63,988 nucleotides of DNA, filler included, from Octopus bimaculoides (GCF_001194135.2; 5 parts of 5 records of this genome joined end to end with filler, not necessarily neighbours in it); one strand, 5' to 3'; shown: positions 1 to 12,990, numbered from the whole stretch's first letter. Numbers and translations: made by a program. Notes: a model not told the origin generated them from the letters alone.

Positions 1-231
1 ATACAGGGTGCGGTGAATAAACTGTAGTCTAAATTACGCGAAAATGAAAATAACACTGACATCTCATTTTAACAGATATATTCATCAAAATTACATAAAA
101 CATCTTGAAATACTAAAGAGTAAAATTATTCAATAAAATCGCCATTGGCTTCAACCACATCTTCCAGACGACTTCGGAATTTCCTGCAACTCTTCTGGAC
201 GGTCTCCTTGTTTAAGTTGGCGAATGCTACC

Positions 232-275
232 ATAATTCTTGCCTACTATAATTCTTGCCTACTATAATTCTTGCT
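232..275. repeat. 16-bp tandem repeat ATAATTCTTGCCTACT x2.7
   Basis: Read directly; single copy at the homologous position in copy B. Confidence 0.9.
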
Positions 276-597
276 TTCAGTTCATCTTTGGTCTCTCGCT
301 CAACTGCGACCCACACGTAATAATCAAGGGTGTTGTAGTCTGGGGAGATAGGTGGCCAGATGTTAGGGGTGATGTGGTCGCAGAAATTGTCTGGTAGCCA
401 TGACTGGGTTCTCCTGCTTGTGTGGCATGGTGCAGAGTCCTGTTGCCAGAAATAGGGTCTTCCAGCAGCCATCTTCTTGATCCAGAACAGCACTATACGA
501 AATGGAGCGAAATGGAGGCATAACGTTGCCATCACTAGTGATCACTCCAAACACCATGATGTTGACTGGATATTTGATTTCTATCACTCTCGGTACA

Positions 598-690
598 TGT
601 CCTCAGATTGCACTGTCCTCAGATTGCACTGTCCTCAGATTGCACTGTCCTCAGATTGCACTGTCCTCAGATTGCACTGTCCTCAGATTG
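598..690. repeat. 16-bp tandem repeat TGTCCTCAGATTGCAC x5.8 at the internal deletion breakpoint
   Basis: Five full units plus one partial, no spacers. Confidence 0.95.
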
Positions 691-921
691 ATACCCAAAC
701 ACTCCAAAATGTTAGTATTGGAGCTTCCGGTATGAATGTCAAGCCGTATAGTATGCCGTTTCCAAATTTCTGGCTGAGTGAATTGAGTCATGGTGCTATT
801 TTTCTCACAGATGATGCGCAACTATGCTGTGTAGTCGACAAAATCAAAAACAAACAATGTGCATGCGCGAAATTAGAAATATAAAATGGCGACAATTTAT
901 CCATCACACCCTGTTTATATA

Positions 922-957
<36 letters not shown>

Positions 958-1277
958 TGTATGTATGTATGTATGTACATGTATGTATGTATATATGTAT
1001 GTATATATGTATGTATGTGTGTATATGCATGTATATATGTATTTCTTCTGCGTATGTACTCAACTTAGGATACATTCTATATATTTGTCTTAGACCGTTT
1101 TTCTGGCAATTGGTATTGTATAATATCTGAGAAACAACATTGCTCCACTTCGGATGCAGTAGCTTATCGCCATTTTGGGCACCTGCTTTGGAGCATTAAA
1201 GAAACCCTGAAGCAGTCCACCAGGGGGCCCCTCAGTATGTATGTATGTATGTATGTATGTATGTATATATATTTATA

Positions 1278-1480
1278 AGCCCCACCCCCGCAACTGTCTA
1301 ACAACTAGTGTAGGTTTGTTTGCTTACCCTTAAGATAGCGGTTCAGCAAAAGGATCCATAGAGTAACTAACAGACTTAAAATAAGCACTGGGGTCTATTT
1401 GTTCGATTAAACCGTTCAAGGAGGTGCCTAAGTATGGTTGCAGGTCATTGATGAAAAGAAATAAAAGGTAAAGGATAAAG
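1278..1480 (+). mobile_element. SINE family S1, diverged 3' half
   Basis: Matches the TAGCGGTTCGGCAAAAG...AATAAGTCCTGGGGTCGAT...GGCGGTGC block of the full copy at 49904-50453. Confidence 0.7.
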
Positions 1481-1809
1481 CTGTATATCTATATACATAT
1501 GTGTGCACTATATAGTGTGCATATGTTTGTGAGTATGCATGCGTGTGTTCATGAGCACATGATTACAACGATGTGTGTATATATACGTTAAAGACCAGTT
1601 ATAAAGGAAGCGAGTTAAAGACTGCTTTTGATAAATAATTATTACACTTTAACAACTATTACAAATTTTTGTTCAAGAGGCTGAACTTTGAAATCTTTTC
1701 AGAGAATAAGGTAAAAGGACACACTAGAAAAGAAAATTAAAATGTATCTCTTATAAAGCTCTATGTGCAAAGATTTAAACCAATTTAGCAGACAAGCAAC
1801 AATACTCAC

Positions 1810-1837
1810 GATACAGAAAAGCGTTGTCCGCTGCAAT
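1810..1837 (-). CDS. Candidate 28-nt internal coding exon (IAADNAFLY if phase 0 to 1)
   Basis: Minus strand reads CTCTCCTCTATTTTTCTTCACAG|ATTGCAGCGGACAACGCTTTTCTGTATC|GTGAGT: strong pyrimidine tract and consensus donor in non-repeat sequence. Confidence 0.5.
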
Positions 1838-1894
1838 CTGTGAAGAAAAATAGAGGAGAGTATAAGGACATTTTTTAAAAGATTGATGTACACA

Positions 1895-1941
<47 letters not shown>

Positions 1942-2149
1942 ACGTACTACATGCATACATACACACAAACATGCACAAATACCCTGTTGATGTTGAAATT
2001 CCAATGGAGTCTTGGATCAAGATTATAGAAGCCGGCTCTTCCTCCATTGGCGAAAAGTTTCGAAATACAATTGAATAACACATACGTACATACATACACA
2101 CACATATCTTCCCCTTCTTCCTCCTCCTCCTCCTCTTCCTCCTCCTCCT

Positions 2150-2350
2150 TATAGCACTGGATTGGTAGAATCATTAAAGCGTCTCAGAAAATGCCTTGCA
2201 CTACTTCTTCCGACTTCTTTAATCCTGTGCTCGATTTTTATCGAAGTCAAATTGTCTTTCGTTTTCTTCAGTATCAATGAAATAAAGTAGCACTGGGCTC
2301 GATTTAATCGCTTGTACCCCAGGAATGCTTTCCTTGCACCTATTAGAAAC
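2150..2350 (+). mobile_element. SINE family S3, old copy
   Basis: GGTAGAATCATTAAAGCG...GAAATAAAGTAGCACTGGGCTCGATTTAATCG, homologous to 51511-51725. Confidence 0.6.
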
Positions 2351-2424
2351 AGTTAATATTATTCGAGCTCCACTTTGCCTGTCTTTCTTCTAAGTATTGG
2401 ATTCAACGGTATCAACTTGCTTAC

Positions 2425-2455
2425 CTCCTGTAATACCACTCACTTTGTGTCTACA
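2425..2455 (-). CDS. Possible alternative 31-nt exon (CRHKVSGITG, phase 0 to 1)
   Basis: TTGTTTGTAG|TGTAGACACAAAGTGAGTGGTATTACAGGAG|GTAAGC; weak acceptor. Confidence 0.25.
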
Positions 2456-2806
2456 CTACAAACAATTATTATCATTATTATTTGAAACTTCTAGAATCTT
2501 AACTCTTAGGTTTACATAATCGTTTCTTCAAATAATTAAATAATCGTTTGAATAATCAGCAACGTGAAACCCAGGATTAAGATCCAAGAATTTTCTGTTT
2601 CTAATTGACTACACACATACTCTACTTTGTGCATGTATTTAGTAGTCTTTTTCCTTCCTTTGAAACACTACAGTTAACTGTTCCGCGCACACACATACTA
2701 CAAACATATACACGTATACAAACACGAGTAATTCACTTACGCACACACAAAATCACGTGCATACACACATACATGCACAACACGGCACGAAACTGAAATT
2801 GGTTTA

Positions 2807-2845
<39 letters not shown>

Positions 2846-2906
2846 ATACACACACATACACACACACAGAGGTATGCATGTATGTGCGTGAGTGTATGTA
2901 CGTGCT

Positions 2907-2945
<39 letters not shown>

Positions 2946-3133
2946 GCATATTTAAATACGTATGTAGGCAAGTATGTGTGTATATGGATTGGTGAACTTC
3001 TACTAAACGCATGCACTGGAAACTAACGAAGTTTCTTGAACCATAACCCTGAGTTTCACGTTAGTGATTATTCAAACGATTACTCAATCGTTTATTCAAT
3101 ATGTGTGGGGTGTGTACATTGTATATGTATATG

Positions 3134-3190
<57 letters not shown>

Positions 3191-3674
3191 GCTATTATTT
3201 AATATACGCTACCATTTAATATATGTTAGATAGTAGCACGTCTTTTGACACACCCTTTCTCTCTCTTTCCATGCACGCACGCACACACGTACACACGCCC
3301 CCTCCCAACATGCATGTATGAAAATGTACATATACATAGAAGCAGACTAGCCAATCGAAAAATTATTGCCATACATTCGTTTAATGGATTCGTTTATAAT
3401 GAAGTGGATGAATATTAACATTTTATGGTTATTCCCTTTTTCGGGTAGTTTTCGTACAATTTATCATGCATTCTTATTTTCTACTATTTTAATTTCACTT
3501 ATATTCAGTCTTGGCATGAATAAACATTACAGTTTATTTTCATAATTCAATGTTATTTTATTGTTTTAGTTGTCAACTTCGACTGACCCGAATAAGTATT
3601 TTTGAATTTTAACTATAAAGAAAACATACAACTAAATGATATTGTAATGCCAATAATAATATAAATAAACTCAC

Positions 3675-3722
3675 CAGCGTTTGAGCTAAAAGTGCTGCAT
3701 AAATTAGTAGATACTTCATCAT
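3675..3722 (-). CDS. Candidate first coding exon with a signal-peptide-like start MMKYLLIYAALLAQTL
   Basis: ATG at 3722-3720, 16 open codons (basic N-region, hydrophobic core), then consensus donor CTG|GTGAGT at 3674-3669. Confidence 0.55.
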
Positions 3723-3802
3723 TCCAATGGGGAGATTCTGATGGTTAATTCTTGTTTATTAAACGTTTTGCCTGCGTGCTTGATAATCTTATGAAAAACG
3801 CA

Positions 3803-3901
3803 ATTGGCAAATTACGATCAGTTTCTTCGTCTGATGATTATGATTGGTGCAGATTGATGACGTCAAACATCAAATTCGTTATGGTTACTCTAGGGGTGGG
3901 G
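3803..3901 (-). promoter_or_regulatory. Candidate proximal promoter: two CCAAT boxes, full CRE, CACCC/KLF box
   Basis: ATTGG at 3803-3807 and 3843-3847, TGACGTCA at 3858-3865, GGGGTGGGG at 3893-3901, all within 180 bp upstream of the ATG at 3722. Confidence 0.45.
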
Positions 3902-6218
3902 AATGGCATTTTCTCGGGATTTATGCCATAGAAACAAGAGAACCCATAATAAATAAATAAATATATATATAAAGAGATGAACAAATAAATTATTATTCCA
4001 GTCGTCCCTAAAAGTAGGATCTTATGGTTACTTGCTTCTCAAGTGAATGTTAATTTTATAGTTTTTCTTTTTCTTTTTGTCATCGTGTTCATTTACACGT
4101 TATAGAACAATCTCAATAATTACACATTCTGTTAAAGTTTGTTTGTCACTTCCTTTGAAATTATTACTTATTTAGTTAACTTCAGCAAAATTTGTTATAT
4201 CGGCAAGATTTGTGAATCTTGGTGACTTTAACATATTAAGATATTTGCCTGAAAATATTAGAATCGGATTACATTTTGCTGAAGCGATCACATAAATGTA
4301 GATTGAATTGTAAAATTAGTATTTTTTTCTAACTTCAGTTATTTCTAATATCAATTTACTTAGTAAATGAGGGTGTGTATGCATACGTATACATGTAAGT
4401 TAGATTTTCTTTTTACTTCATATCTAAATATACACTTCTAATTTCTCTATATTTATTTCAAACCTTTGCATCTATATAAGTTGGGTTAGGAAGCGCTCTT
4501 TTGTTAAGACAATTCTGAGAATAATATAAAAATCTCGCAACAAAGTGTATAAATTTTTATTAATAAAGCAAGGCAAACATATTCTGATGGAAGTAGGTCT
4601 TCCTTTTTTTTTGTAAAAAAGATTGTGTTTCTTCACTTTATTTTAAAATTTATTTTTGTTTTATTTATTCGTCTGCTTAAATATGCTTACTGAACAAAAA
4701 TCATTTCGCCTCGCAGAATGCTGACGCTGTAAAAAATAATGACTTAAAATAATGCTGCACTTTATAATGTACTTTTTATTTACAAAAAATGGGATGAATC
4801 TGTCTGAGAGAGTATCAAGGAAAGAATAAGGAAGCCATAAAAGTAGAAAAAATATAATTATAACTCAAAGAAATGAACCAAGAATTGAAAATGACAAAAA
4901 AAAAAAAAAAAAAAAAAGAAACATGTTGATGTTAGTAGGATTGGTAAAAGAGACTGCTGACTTATGTTTGTACTTGATATAAATGAAAGAAATGTCAAAA
5001 TAAGAAGCTGCTTGATTTCTAGTAAAACTGAAACTTGATAGAATATTTCGAAAAGATTTATACAAGAGATAAACAGGCGGGATATAGAGAAAGAGGTCAA
5101 GTGGGAAGAATGTATTTTGTATGAACGACTGTATGTATAAATTAACGTGTCAGGTATTTATTACATCTAAATTGTATATTCAAGGTTCAATCGTTTTTCC
5201 ACTTTCTCATTCTCTAATACAAAAACAAAACAAACTATAGACATTCCAATTGAATAAAATATGTTTAAAAAAATCTAAATCGGAGTCATATAAGACGTAG
5301 CGTGGTAGAAGGAATACATACGCACTAAAAAAATGCCGCACATATAAACACATAGACATTGTAATTCATACAAACTCTATTTTCTTTATGCATGCATAAC
5401 TTTCTCTCTACTTGTATCATGTATGCATATATGCATATATAATGTATTTAAAGAGATGCAAGGAGGGGAGGGAGAAAGAAGCAGTGAAAGAAAACATATT
5501 TAGACGGAAACAATTTGGAAATTTAAAAAATTCCATGACTCTTCACATCAGCAGGTTTAACTTCAGATATCGTTTTTCATATTTTCACATATATCTAAAA
5601 TCACATTTTAATTGCTCAAAAAAGTTAACTTCATGATAGGCTAGATTCTTCACAAATTATTAATTATTCATAAATCTGCAATGCAGACACACTAAATTGA
5701 GTAATTCAAGAGTAAAATGCAAAAAAAACAAAAAAACTATTGCACAATGCAACATTTTTTTAAAAACTAAGTTCAACATTGTTCTGTACACTAAAAATAT
5801 TTCAGTGTTTTTTAAACATGTATTAAGATTTCTTTTTGCTTCTAATTTTATTATCAAAAGTATTCCTAGTTCAAATATTGGTGGCCCAGTGAATGGATTC
5901 TCAATGTATTACGGTTACTTAATTGGCTTATAAGTCTACAATGGGATTATATCACACGATTCTATATACTACATACGGTATATGGCAAAAGGAACTCATT
6001 TCAGAAGACATGTTTCAATTGTAGTTCTCATAAAAGCGATAAAAATATTTAGAATACAGATTATTGAAAATAGATTATAATTAGTATCGTTTAACAACTA
6101 ACTAGATGTGCTAATTAGATAAAATATGTTAATTCTCCAGTCAAAATTTTAACAAATTTTATTTGCCTCCCTTGTCGCAGAGACAATAGTTGTAATTAAT
6201 GCTTGTGATATTCCCCTT

Positions 6219-6277
6219 TATCACAAGTGTAACTATCACAAGTGTAACTATCACAAGTGTAACTATCACAAGTGTAA
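6219..6277. repeat. 15-bp tandem repeat TATCACAAGTGTAAC x3.9
   Basis: Read directly; preceded by the inverted copy CTTGTGATA at 6202-6210. Confidence 0.9.
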
Positions 6278-6850
6278 TTTGAATGAATAGTTTTTGGTTC
6301 ATTACTTTAAGTAAGTTAATGATATGTTTTCCATACCAAAGGCATCCCTTAGAAATTTTCTCACTTCACTATTTTAAATTACCCAATCAGTGAAAGAATT
6401 TCCTTTAAAAAAGGATATATATTCTCTCAGTCATTCAAAGGTTGGGTAATTACTTCAATAAAACTGTTTCATTGATGATGTATAAAAACATCGGAACAAA
6501 TCTGAAATTGCCATTCGTGCTCGACAAAGATTGGGCCAATTTCTCACTGCATACCCCCATTCAAATATCATTCTATTTCGATCTCAGAGTTATCTTTTCT
6601 TTTTTGCCTTTGTTGACGAGGCTTCTCATTAATGCTAATGACTTTTCGCTTCGTTAGAAGTGTAATTTTAATGGCTCAAACATTTTTTGTCTTACCACAT
6701 TAGATATATTAGTTTCTACTTCATTTGATGTTCTTTATGCTGAAGGAATATCTCGGAAATTACCTCATAATTTTTTTATGCATACTCACGTACTGTGCTT
6801 CCCTCATTTTTATAAATGTATATTATGTCTTAAACTAGCTCTATGTTTTA

Positions 6851-8042
6851 TTGGGTTGGCAACTACGTTACCGCCGTTTTTTTTTTAAATTTTGGAATTT
6901 ATTGCGTTTTTAAATTTTGGAATCTGTTTTGTTTCTTCTAGTTAATTTTATTTAATTTTTGTTTATTTTAAGATTATTAAAATGGAATGTCAAGTTAAGA
7001 AAAACGAGCATTTTCGACACCTCCTTCTCTTTGTTTTTAATCAAGGTTCTAAGGCCGCAGAAGCTGCTCGCGAGATTTGTGCTGTGTATGGAGAGAGTGC
7101 CATAGCTGAAAGAACCGCTCGTGATTGGTATGCCAAGTTCAAAAACGCACCTCGTTCTGGCCGTCCAAATANNNNNNNNNNNNNNNNNNNNNNNNNNNNN
7201 NNNNNNNNNNNNNNNNNNNNNNNNNNNNNNNNNNNNNNNNNNNNNNNNNNNNNNNNNNNNNNNNNNNNNNNNNNNNNNNNNNNNNNNNNNNNNNNNNNNN
7301 NCCAGAAGTATGGAGCATGAGTTCCACATGCTTTAAGTGACAACAACAAAAATCAACGAGCTACAATCTCCGCTGGTTTGCTTGCTCGTCACTGCTCAAC
7401 TCATGGACACAAACAACGATTTCTTTACCGAATCGTTACTGGCGACGAAAAATGGTGCCTGTACATCAATATGAAGCAGCGTGAGAAATGGCTTAGCTTC
7501 GGTAAACAAGCGACACCGCGCGCGAAACAAGATCTTCATCCACGTAAAACGATATTGTGCATATGGTGGGACTGGGAAGGGATTATCTATTACGAATTGC
7601 TTGAACAGAACCAAACGGTCAACGCGGAACTCTATGTTCAACAGATGGAACGACTCAACACGGCTATTCAAGAGAAAAGACCTAATCGACAGCATGGAGT
7701 TCTTCTGCTGCACGGCAACGCCCACCCTCATATCGCCAATATGACCAAGGAAGCTATTCAAACGCATGGCTGGGAAGTGCTGCCACACCCGCCGTACTCT
7801 TCTGATTTGGCACCAACGGATTTCCACCTCTTTCGATCTTTTTCAAATGCAATGCGTGGAGTTTCGTTCAATACTGATGCAGAATTGAGAGCTTGGTTGG
7901 ATCAATTTCTCGAGTCGAAATCGGGTGATTTCTACCAACGAGGTATTGAAAATCTTGTTGAACGTTGGGAAGAAGTTGTAAACAACAAGGGTGAATACAA
8001 TACATTATTGATTAATTAGTTGTTATTTTTTATTAAACCTTT
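6851..8042 (+). mobile_element. Mariner transposon (DD34D), mellifera-like; right end lost in N gap
   Basis: TA followed by TIR TTGGGTTGGCAACTACGTTACCGCCGTTTT, the type I recall for mellifera-subfamily mariners; transposase follows. Confidence 0.88.
6982..8019 (+). pseudogene. Mariner transposase, inactivated
   Basis: MECQVKKNEHFRH..., APRSGRP, WVPH with W to TGA, IVTGDEKW, LLLHGNAHPH (2nd Asp replaced by Gly), YSSDLAPTDFHLF at spacing 34. Confidence 0.92.
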
Positions 8043-10949
8043 NNNNNNNNNNNNNNNNNNNNNNNNNNNNNNNNNNNNNNNNNNNNNNNNNNNNNNNNNN
8101 NNNNNNNNNNNNNNNNNNNNNNNNNNNNNNNNNNNNNNNNNNNNNNNNNNNNNNNNNNNNNNNNNNNNNNNNNNNNNNNNNNNNNNNNNNNNNNNNNNNN
8201 NNNNNNNNNNNNNNNNNNNNNNNNNNNNNNNNNNNNNNNNNNNNNNNNNNNNNNNNNNNNNNNNNNNNNNNNNNNNNNNNNNNNNNNNNNNNNNNNNNNN
8301 NNNNNNNNNNNNNNNNATTAATATCAATGTTGCAAATTGTATTTTAAGATCTTTTTCAAAAATTGGTTGAAATGGCAAGGTGTTCGTCCATCTTATGTAA
8401 ATGTTACTTATATATCTTTTAAGTATAATTATAGAAAAAATGGTTTACTGAGATTTGTTAAAAAAGTAAATTTAATAATAATCTTCATAGGAGCGATAGA
8501 AATAATTATGAAGGTAACCATTATTTTTTGGTTTCTATGTTATTTGTCTAATCACTGGCGTACTTTTCAACAAAATATGCCACAACATATGTTTAACAAG
8601 TAGGTGAAATTCACTTTATATCTGAGTCTCAGTCAAAGCAGGAAATTGTGTATTAGCCGATAAGAAGGCTGGAAAGACTAATGATTTCTGTATAAATACA
8701 AAAAAAGTGTTGAACAAATAGTACCTTACTGTATTTGTTCTGGCTTTCTAGTCTCTAAGTGTAAATCCCGCCAATGTCAACTTTGTCTTTCACACTTTTA
8801 AAATTGATAAATAATTACCAATCAAGTACTAGAGTAGATTTATTCTCCTGTCTATCTGTCTGTCTTGTTTGTCTGCCTGTCTGACTGTCCTTGTCTGCCT
8901 CTCTTGTGTGTAGGCAGGAATGTAGTGGTTAGTATAAATTTGTAGAGCTGACAATTTGTCTAAACACAATCTAGAGGAATTTTAGCTACATCTGAAATTG
9001 CACGCCATCACCATAAAAAATTCTACTGGGGATATTTATGATTAATTCTGAATAGGTCGAACTAAGCATAACTGATCAACTTCCGAGTAAACCCTTCGTA
9101 GAACGTGAGCATAATTATGCATGGAGTTTGCAGCAACAATAAGGACACGCTGTTATTGAATTTGAAAATGTGATTCTTCAAGCTATTCAAACAGAAGAAT
9201 AGTGGTACTATCGCAGTTGGGTTTGTTAGAGATATTGCTAACCACTTCACAATGTGATGGGCAGGCAAATAAGGCACACACTATATTCCCATTAGGCAGC
9301 CGACATTAATCTTACAATCAAGAGCTATTGATGGTCTGTAGATCAAGAAATACACAATAGCGGACACCTTCAATAGAAGTATGAAAGTCATCATTTGCCA
9401 ACTCACTCATGCAGTAATCTGCACGGAGTCATTGCTAGAGAACTACAATGCTCTCTAACTGTACATACATTATATGAAACATAGGGCTAACTCACTATTG
9501 TTTTTCAGCTGTGTCAGAGTAGCAAGAAAAACAACCATTCCTTCATTGAATCATATCTTACTGTTTTAAAAAGGAAAGGAATACTAGAAAAGATAATGTT
9601 AGATACCCTGCCAAGAGACGGGATAGTCATATTTGGAATATTCTTTTCATAGAACTTCTCGATTAAGACTTACCTGAAACTAAACAACTAACAACATTAA
9701 AATCTTAATAGAAAAGTTCATGGGAGTACTAGAGAAAAGTGTATCAAATATTTTATTTTCGGTCAGAAGCTATTAGCTGCGGGCAATATGAGATGGTGTC
9801 AAAGTATATGAAAATGTTGAGATACGACTTGAATACATATTGAAAAATGTTGCACCTGGAATACATCTTGATGCAACATTATTTAATAGGTATTTGAAAA
9901 AAAAAGAGTTTGGTCTTTGAAGATTTAAATAATATGAAAATAGTATGAAATTCTGTTATAAGTTCGTAAACGCCATACCCGATAATGAAATAACCAATAA
10001 ATTCAGGAAAATTCCACTGGTAGTTAATTTCATTATTAAAGTCGTGGAAAAAGAAGGTAAGATGCTCCAGATCTATCATCTATAAATCTTACCACTTTAA
10101 TAATCTCACTCGCATAAAGTATCGGTAAATCTATGGAGTAAGTATACACATCGATATCAAGAAGAAACATACATTTTTCAGAGGAGACTCACTGAATCTT
10201 ATATAATGGAGCCAGCTCAGAGTAGGAAAAGTGGAGTTAGGGTAAAGTGAAATACTCCCTTTTCAGCCTTTTCAGCATCTTGTGAGAATTTCTTTTACTG
10301 CGTTTCAACCTTAAAGATATCAATCCAAAAGAAGGCCAGATGACAATGTCAGTTGACTTTTGTCTGAGGATGTCCTACTGCAGACAAAGATTGGCTGCAT
10401 GATCATGTAATATGGTTAAATGTATTTTTTCGTACTACCTGGCTTTGCGCCGATATTATTCATGGAATTCTTTTTCTGAGAAAGCATTTATCTGTTGAAT
10501 TTGATGATTTAAAACCAGTCTTGGGTGTTGCTGTCCGTTCGTAATAAAAATAGATTTGCAAATTTCTTTTTAAAAATGCCATCAAATTTTAAAACTCTTT
10601 TTACGGAATCCCACAAATTGAAATCAACTGAGGCCGAGATCATTCAATCGGATGTGACTAGAATGGTGAACAAAGTATAGACAGTTAATAGTAATAGCAA
10701 AAGGAGGTCAATTGTTTAGTACTACGAAACCATTAATAAATTCACAAAATTAGATGCTTAGGCGGCTTCGAAGCGATCCTATTTTTCGTATTCGAGGCAG
10801 ACGGTCAATTGTTTCACATTAAACATCTTAGTTTCCGTTGTTCCAATGAATCATAGATATGTCTATTGTGAAGACAATCTGTAAAGCACCTACATTCTTT
10901 TAGATAACATCACCATATTTAATTCAACAGGAAACCTCTTCATGATGGT

Positions 10950-11125
10950 TTAGTCTACTAGAAATAGCAGTAAAATATTCAAAACACACATTACCGTCTT
11001 ATAATAAGGGAGGGACAAATTGGATAATGTAGTTTCTGGCATATAAAAAAGATGGGTTGATTATAACTGGATTGACGTTGTTTATATTTCAGCTCAGTCA
11101 GGTCTCACCTGGGCTAAACAGCATC
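10950..11125 (+). mobile_element. SINE-like family S4 (CTAGAAATAGCAG...GGGCTAAACAAC tail)
   Basis: Same motifs at 17950-18110 (-), 20870-21075 (+) and 55100-55290 (+). Confidence 0.6.
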
Positions 11126-12399
11126 AAATCTTCAAAAGGAATATATAAATTTGTCTATATTTTAAAAAGTTGCTTGTTAATCAGTTATGACAATAAATGA
11201 AAATAAATATAAATTTGCAGTTAACTCTAGTCATAGCGAATTGTGTCAAATCTGTCTCGTATGACTTCTGTTTGCATATTATTCCTGCTTCTCTAAGAGA
11301 ATGACTTCCTATCAATGCTATAACGAGAATCAATGATGTAAAGATATATATATATATATATATATATAGACTATATAGAAGATATATATATATATATATA
11401 NNNNNNNNNNNNNNNNNNNNNNNNNNNNNNNNNNNNNNNNNNNNNNNNNNNNNNNNNNNNNNNNNNNNNNNNNNNNNNNNNNNNNNNNNNNNNNNNNNNN
11501 NNNNNNNNNNNNNNNNNNNNNNNNNNNNNNNNNNNNNNNNNNNNNNNNNNNNNNNNNNNNNNNNNNNNNNNNNNNNNNNNNNNNNNNNNNNNNNNNNNNN
11601 NNNNNNNNNNNNNNNNNNNNNNNNNNNNNNNNNNNNNNNNNNNNNNNNNNNNNNNNNNNNNNNNNNNNNNNNNNNNNNNNNNNNNNNNNNNNNNNNNNNN
11701 NNNNNNNNNNNNNNNNNNNNNNNNNNNNNNNNNNNNNNNNNNNNNNNNNNNNNNNNNNNNNNNNNNNNNNNNNNNNNNNNNNNNNNNNNNNNNNNNNNNN
11801 NNNNNNNNNNNNNNNNNNNNNNNNNNNNNNNNNNNNNNNNNNNNNNNNNNNNNNNNNNNNNNNNNNNNNNNNNNNNNNNNNNNNNNNNNNNNNNNNNNNN
11901 NNNNNNNNNNNNNNNNNNNNNNNNNNNNNNNNNNNNNNNNNNNNNNNNNNNNNNNNNNNNNNNNNNNNNNNNNNNNNNNNNNNNNNNNNNNNNNNATATA
12001 TATATATATATATATATGCATGTATATATGTGTGTATGTATTTATATATATATTCATACACATACATACATACATGCATCCGTATTTGTCAGTTACTGAA
12101 TCACCCACAAGATAACCACAAAAAAACCTTTGGGTGACCATCATACATCTTGAAAATGCTTTCGCTTTTTAGATTAGAGTAGCCCCTTCTGGTCTCTTGC
12201 CAAACAGGCTCCTATCATGTGTGTAAAATTCCCTACTCACGATTCCTCAGTCATAATGGGTTTGTTAGCAGCACTCCATATTTGGTTTCCGTTTCGCCTT
12301 CAACTTCGTTCTACACACACTCAATGAAACTTCGATACATTCTCCTTCTCCACGCCCTCAATCTCACTCTGCGTTCATCTATTCGCTACGTGTGTACAA

Positions 12400-12990
12400 A
12401 CAAATAAATTTTTTTTTACAGCAATCTTTCTATTATATTGAACCAAACCAATGCAACGTAAAAACGCTCTTTCTATCACCCTACTCTGAAATCGCTTTCT
12501 TCACAGGAATCGATCCCAATAACTGTAAACAAAGTACAGTGTGTTCTGCGTCAGAGAAAAGCAACATCTTTGACTCTGAAAATTACTTGCCTAGCAATAC
12601 ATCAACAATCAACTCCTCTAACATCTTGCTCCCCAGGGATTCATTGGGCCAAATGAACCTTAAGAAATTCGGTGAAAGTAATGTCTTTGCATTTGACATC
12701 AGAAAATATTTTGTCACTGTCTTGCATGAAAATTTCTTGTTTAAGTTTTCCTCTATGTTGTTCAACAGCATTTTATTCCTTGACGCACCTTTGTAGTGTG
12801 TATTGATCATCAGTTTATCAACACAGGTGTACCTTAAAGTTCAGTTATGTCTCTACATTTTCCCTTCTTTACGTGTCACTTCTATCATCATATATACCAG
12901 ATACAACTCCTCACGCTTTCATAACTGTCCTCATAGAGGTGTCATCGACAAACATTTAAACGCTCCATGCCCAATATACACTACTTGCTA
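12400..12990 (+). pseudogene. Decayed CR1/Zenon-like LINE reverse transcriptase fragment
   Basis: NLKKFGESNVFAFDIRK matches the FGES..VALDISKAFD motif, also seen at 41900-42140 (-). Confidence 0.6.

Larger units (their letters stand above)
4..913 (-). mobile_element. maT/DD37D (Tc1-mariner superfamily) transposon, internally deleted copy A
   Basis: TIRs CAGGGTGCGGTGAATAAA at 4 (after TA) and TTTATCCATCACACCCTG ending at 913. Minus-strand QQDSAPCH...WPPISPDYNTLDYYVW has 37 residues between the 2nd and 3rd Asp. Aligns to copy B at 45844-47138 with about 400 bp missing. Confidence 0.88.

Noticed and set aside
598-690. CRISPR-like regular repeats (also 53562-53866)
   Set aside because: No unique spacers, eukaryotic context, no cas genes.
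10090-10700. Possible very old mariner on the minus strand
   Set aside because: Only one vague YSPDLAP-like trace; cannot be supported.
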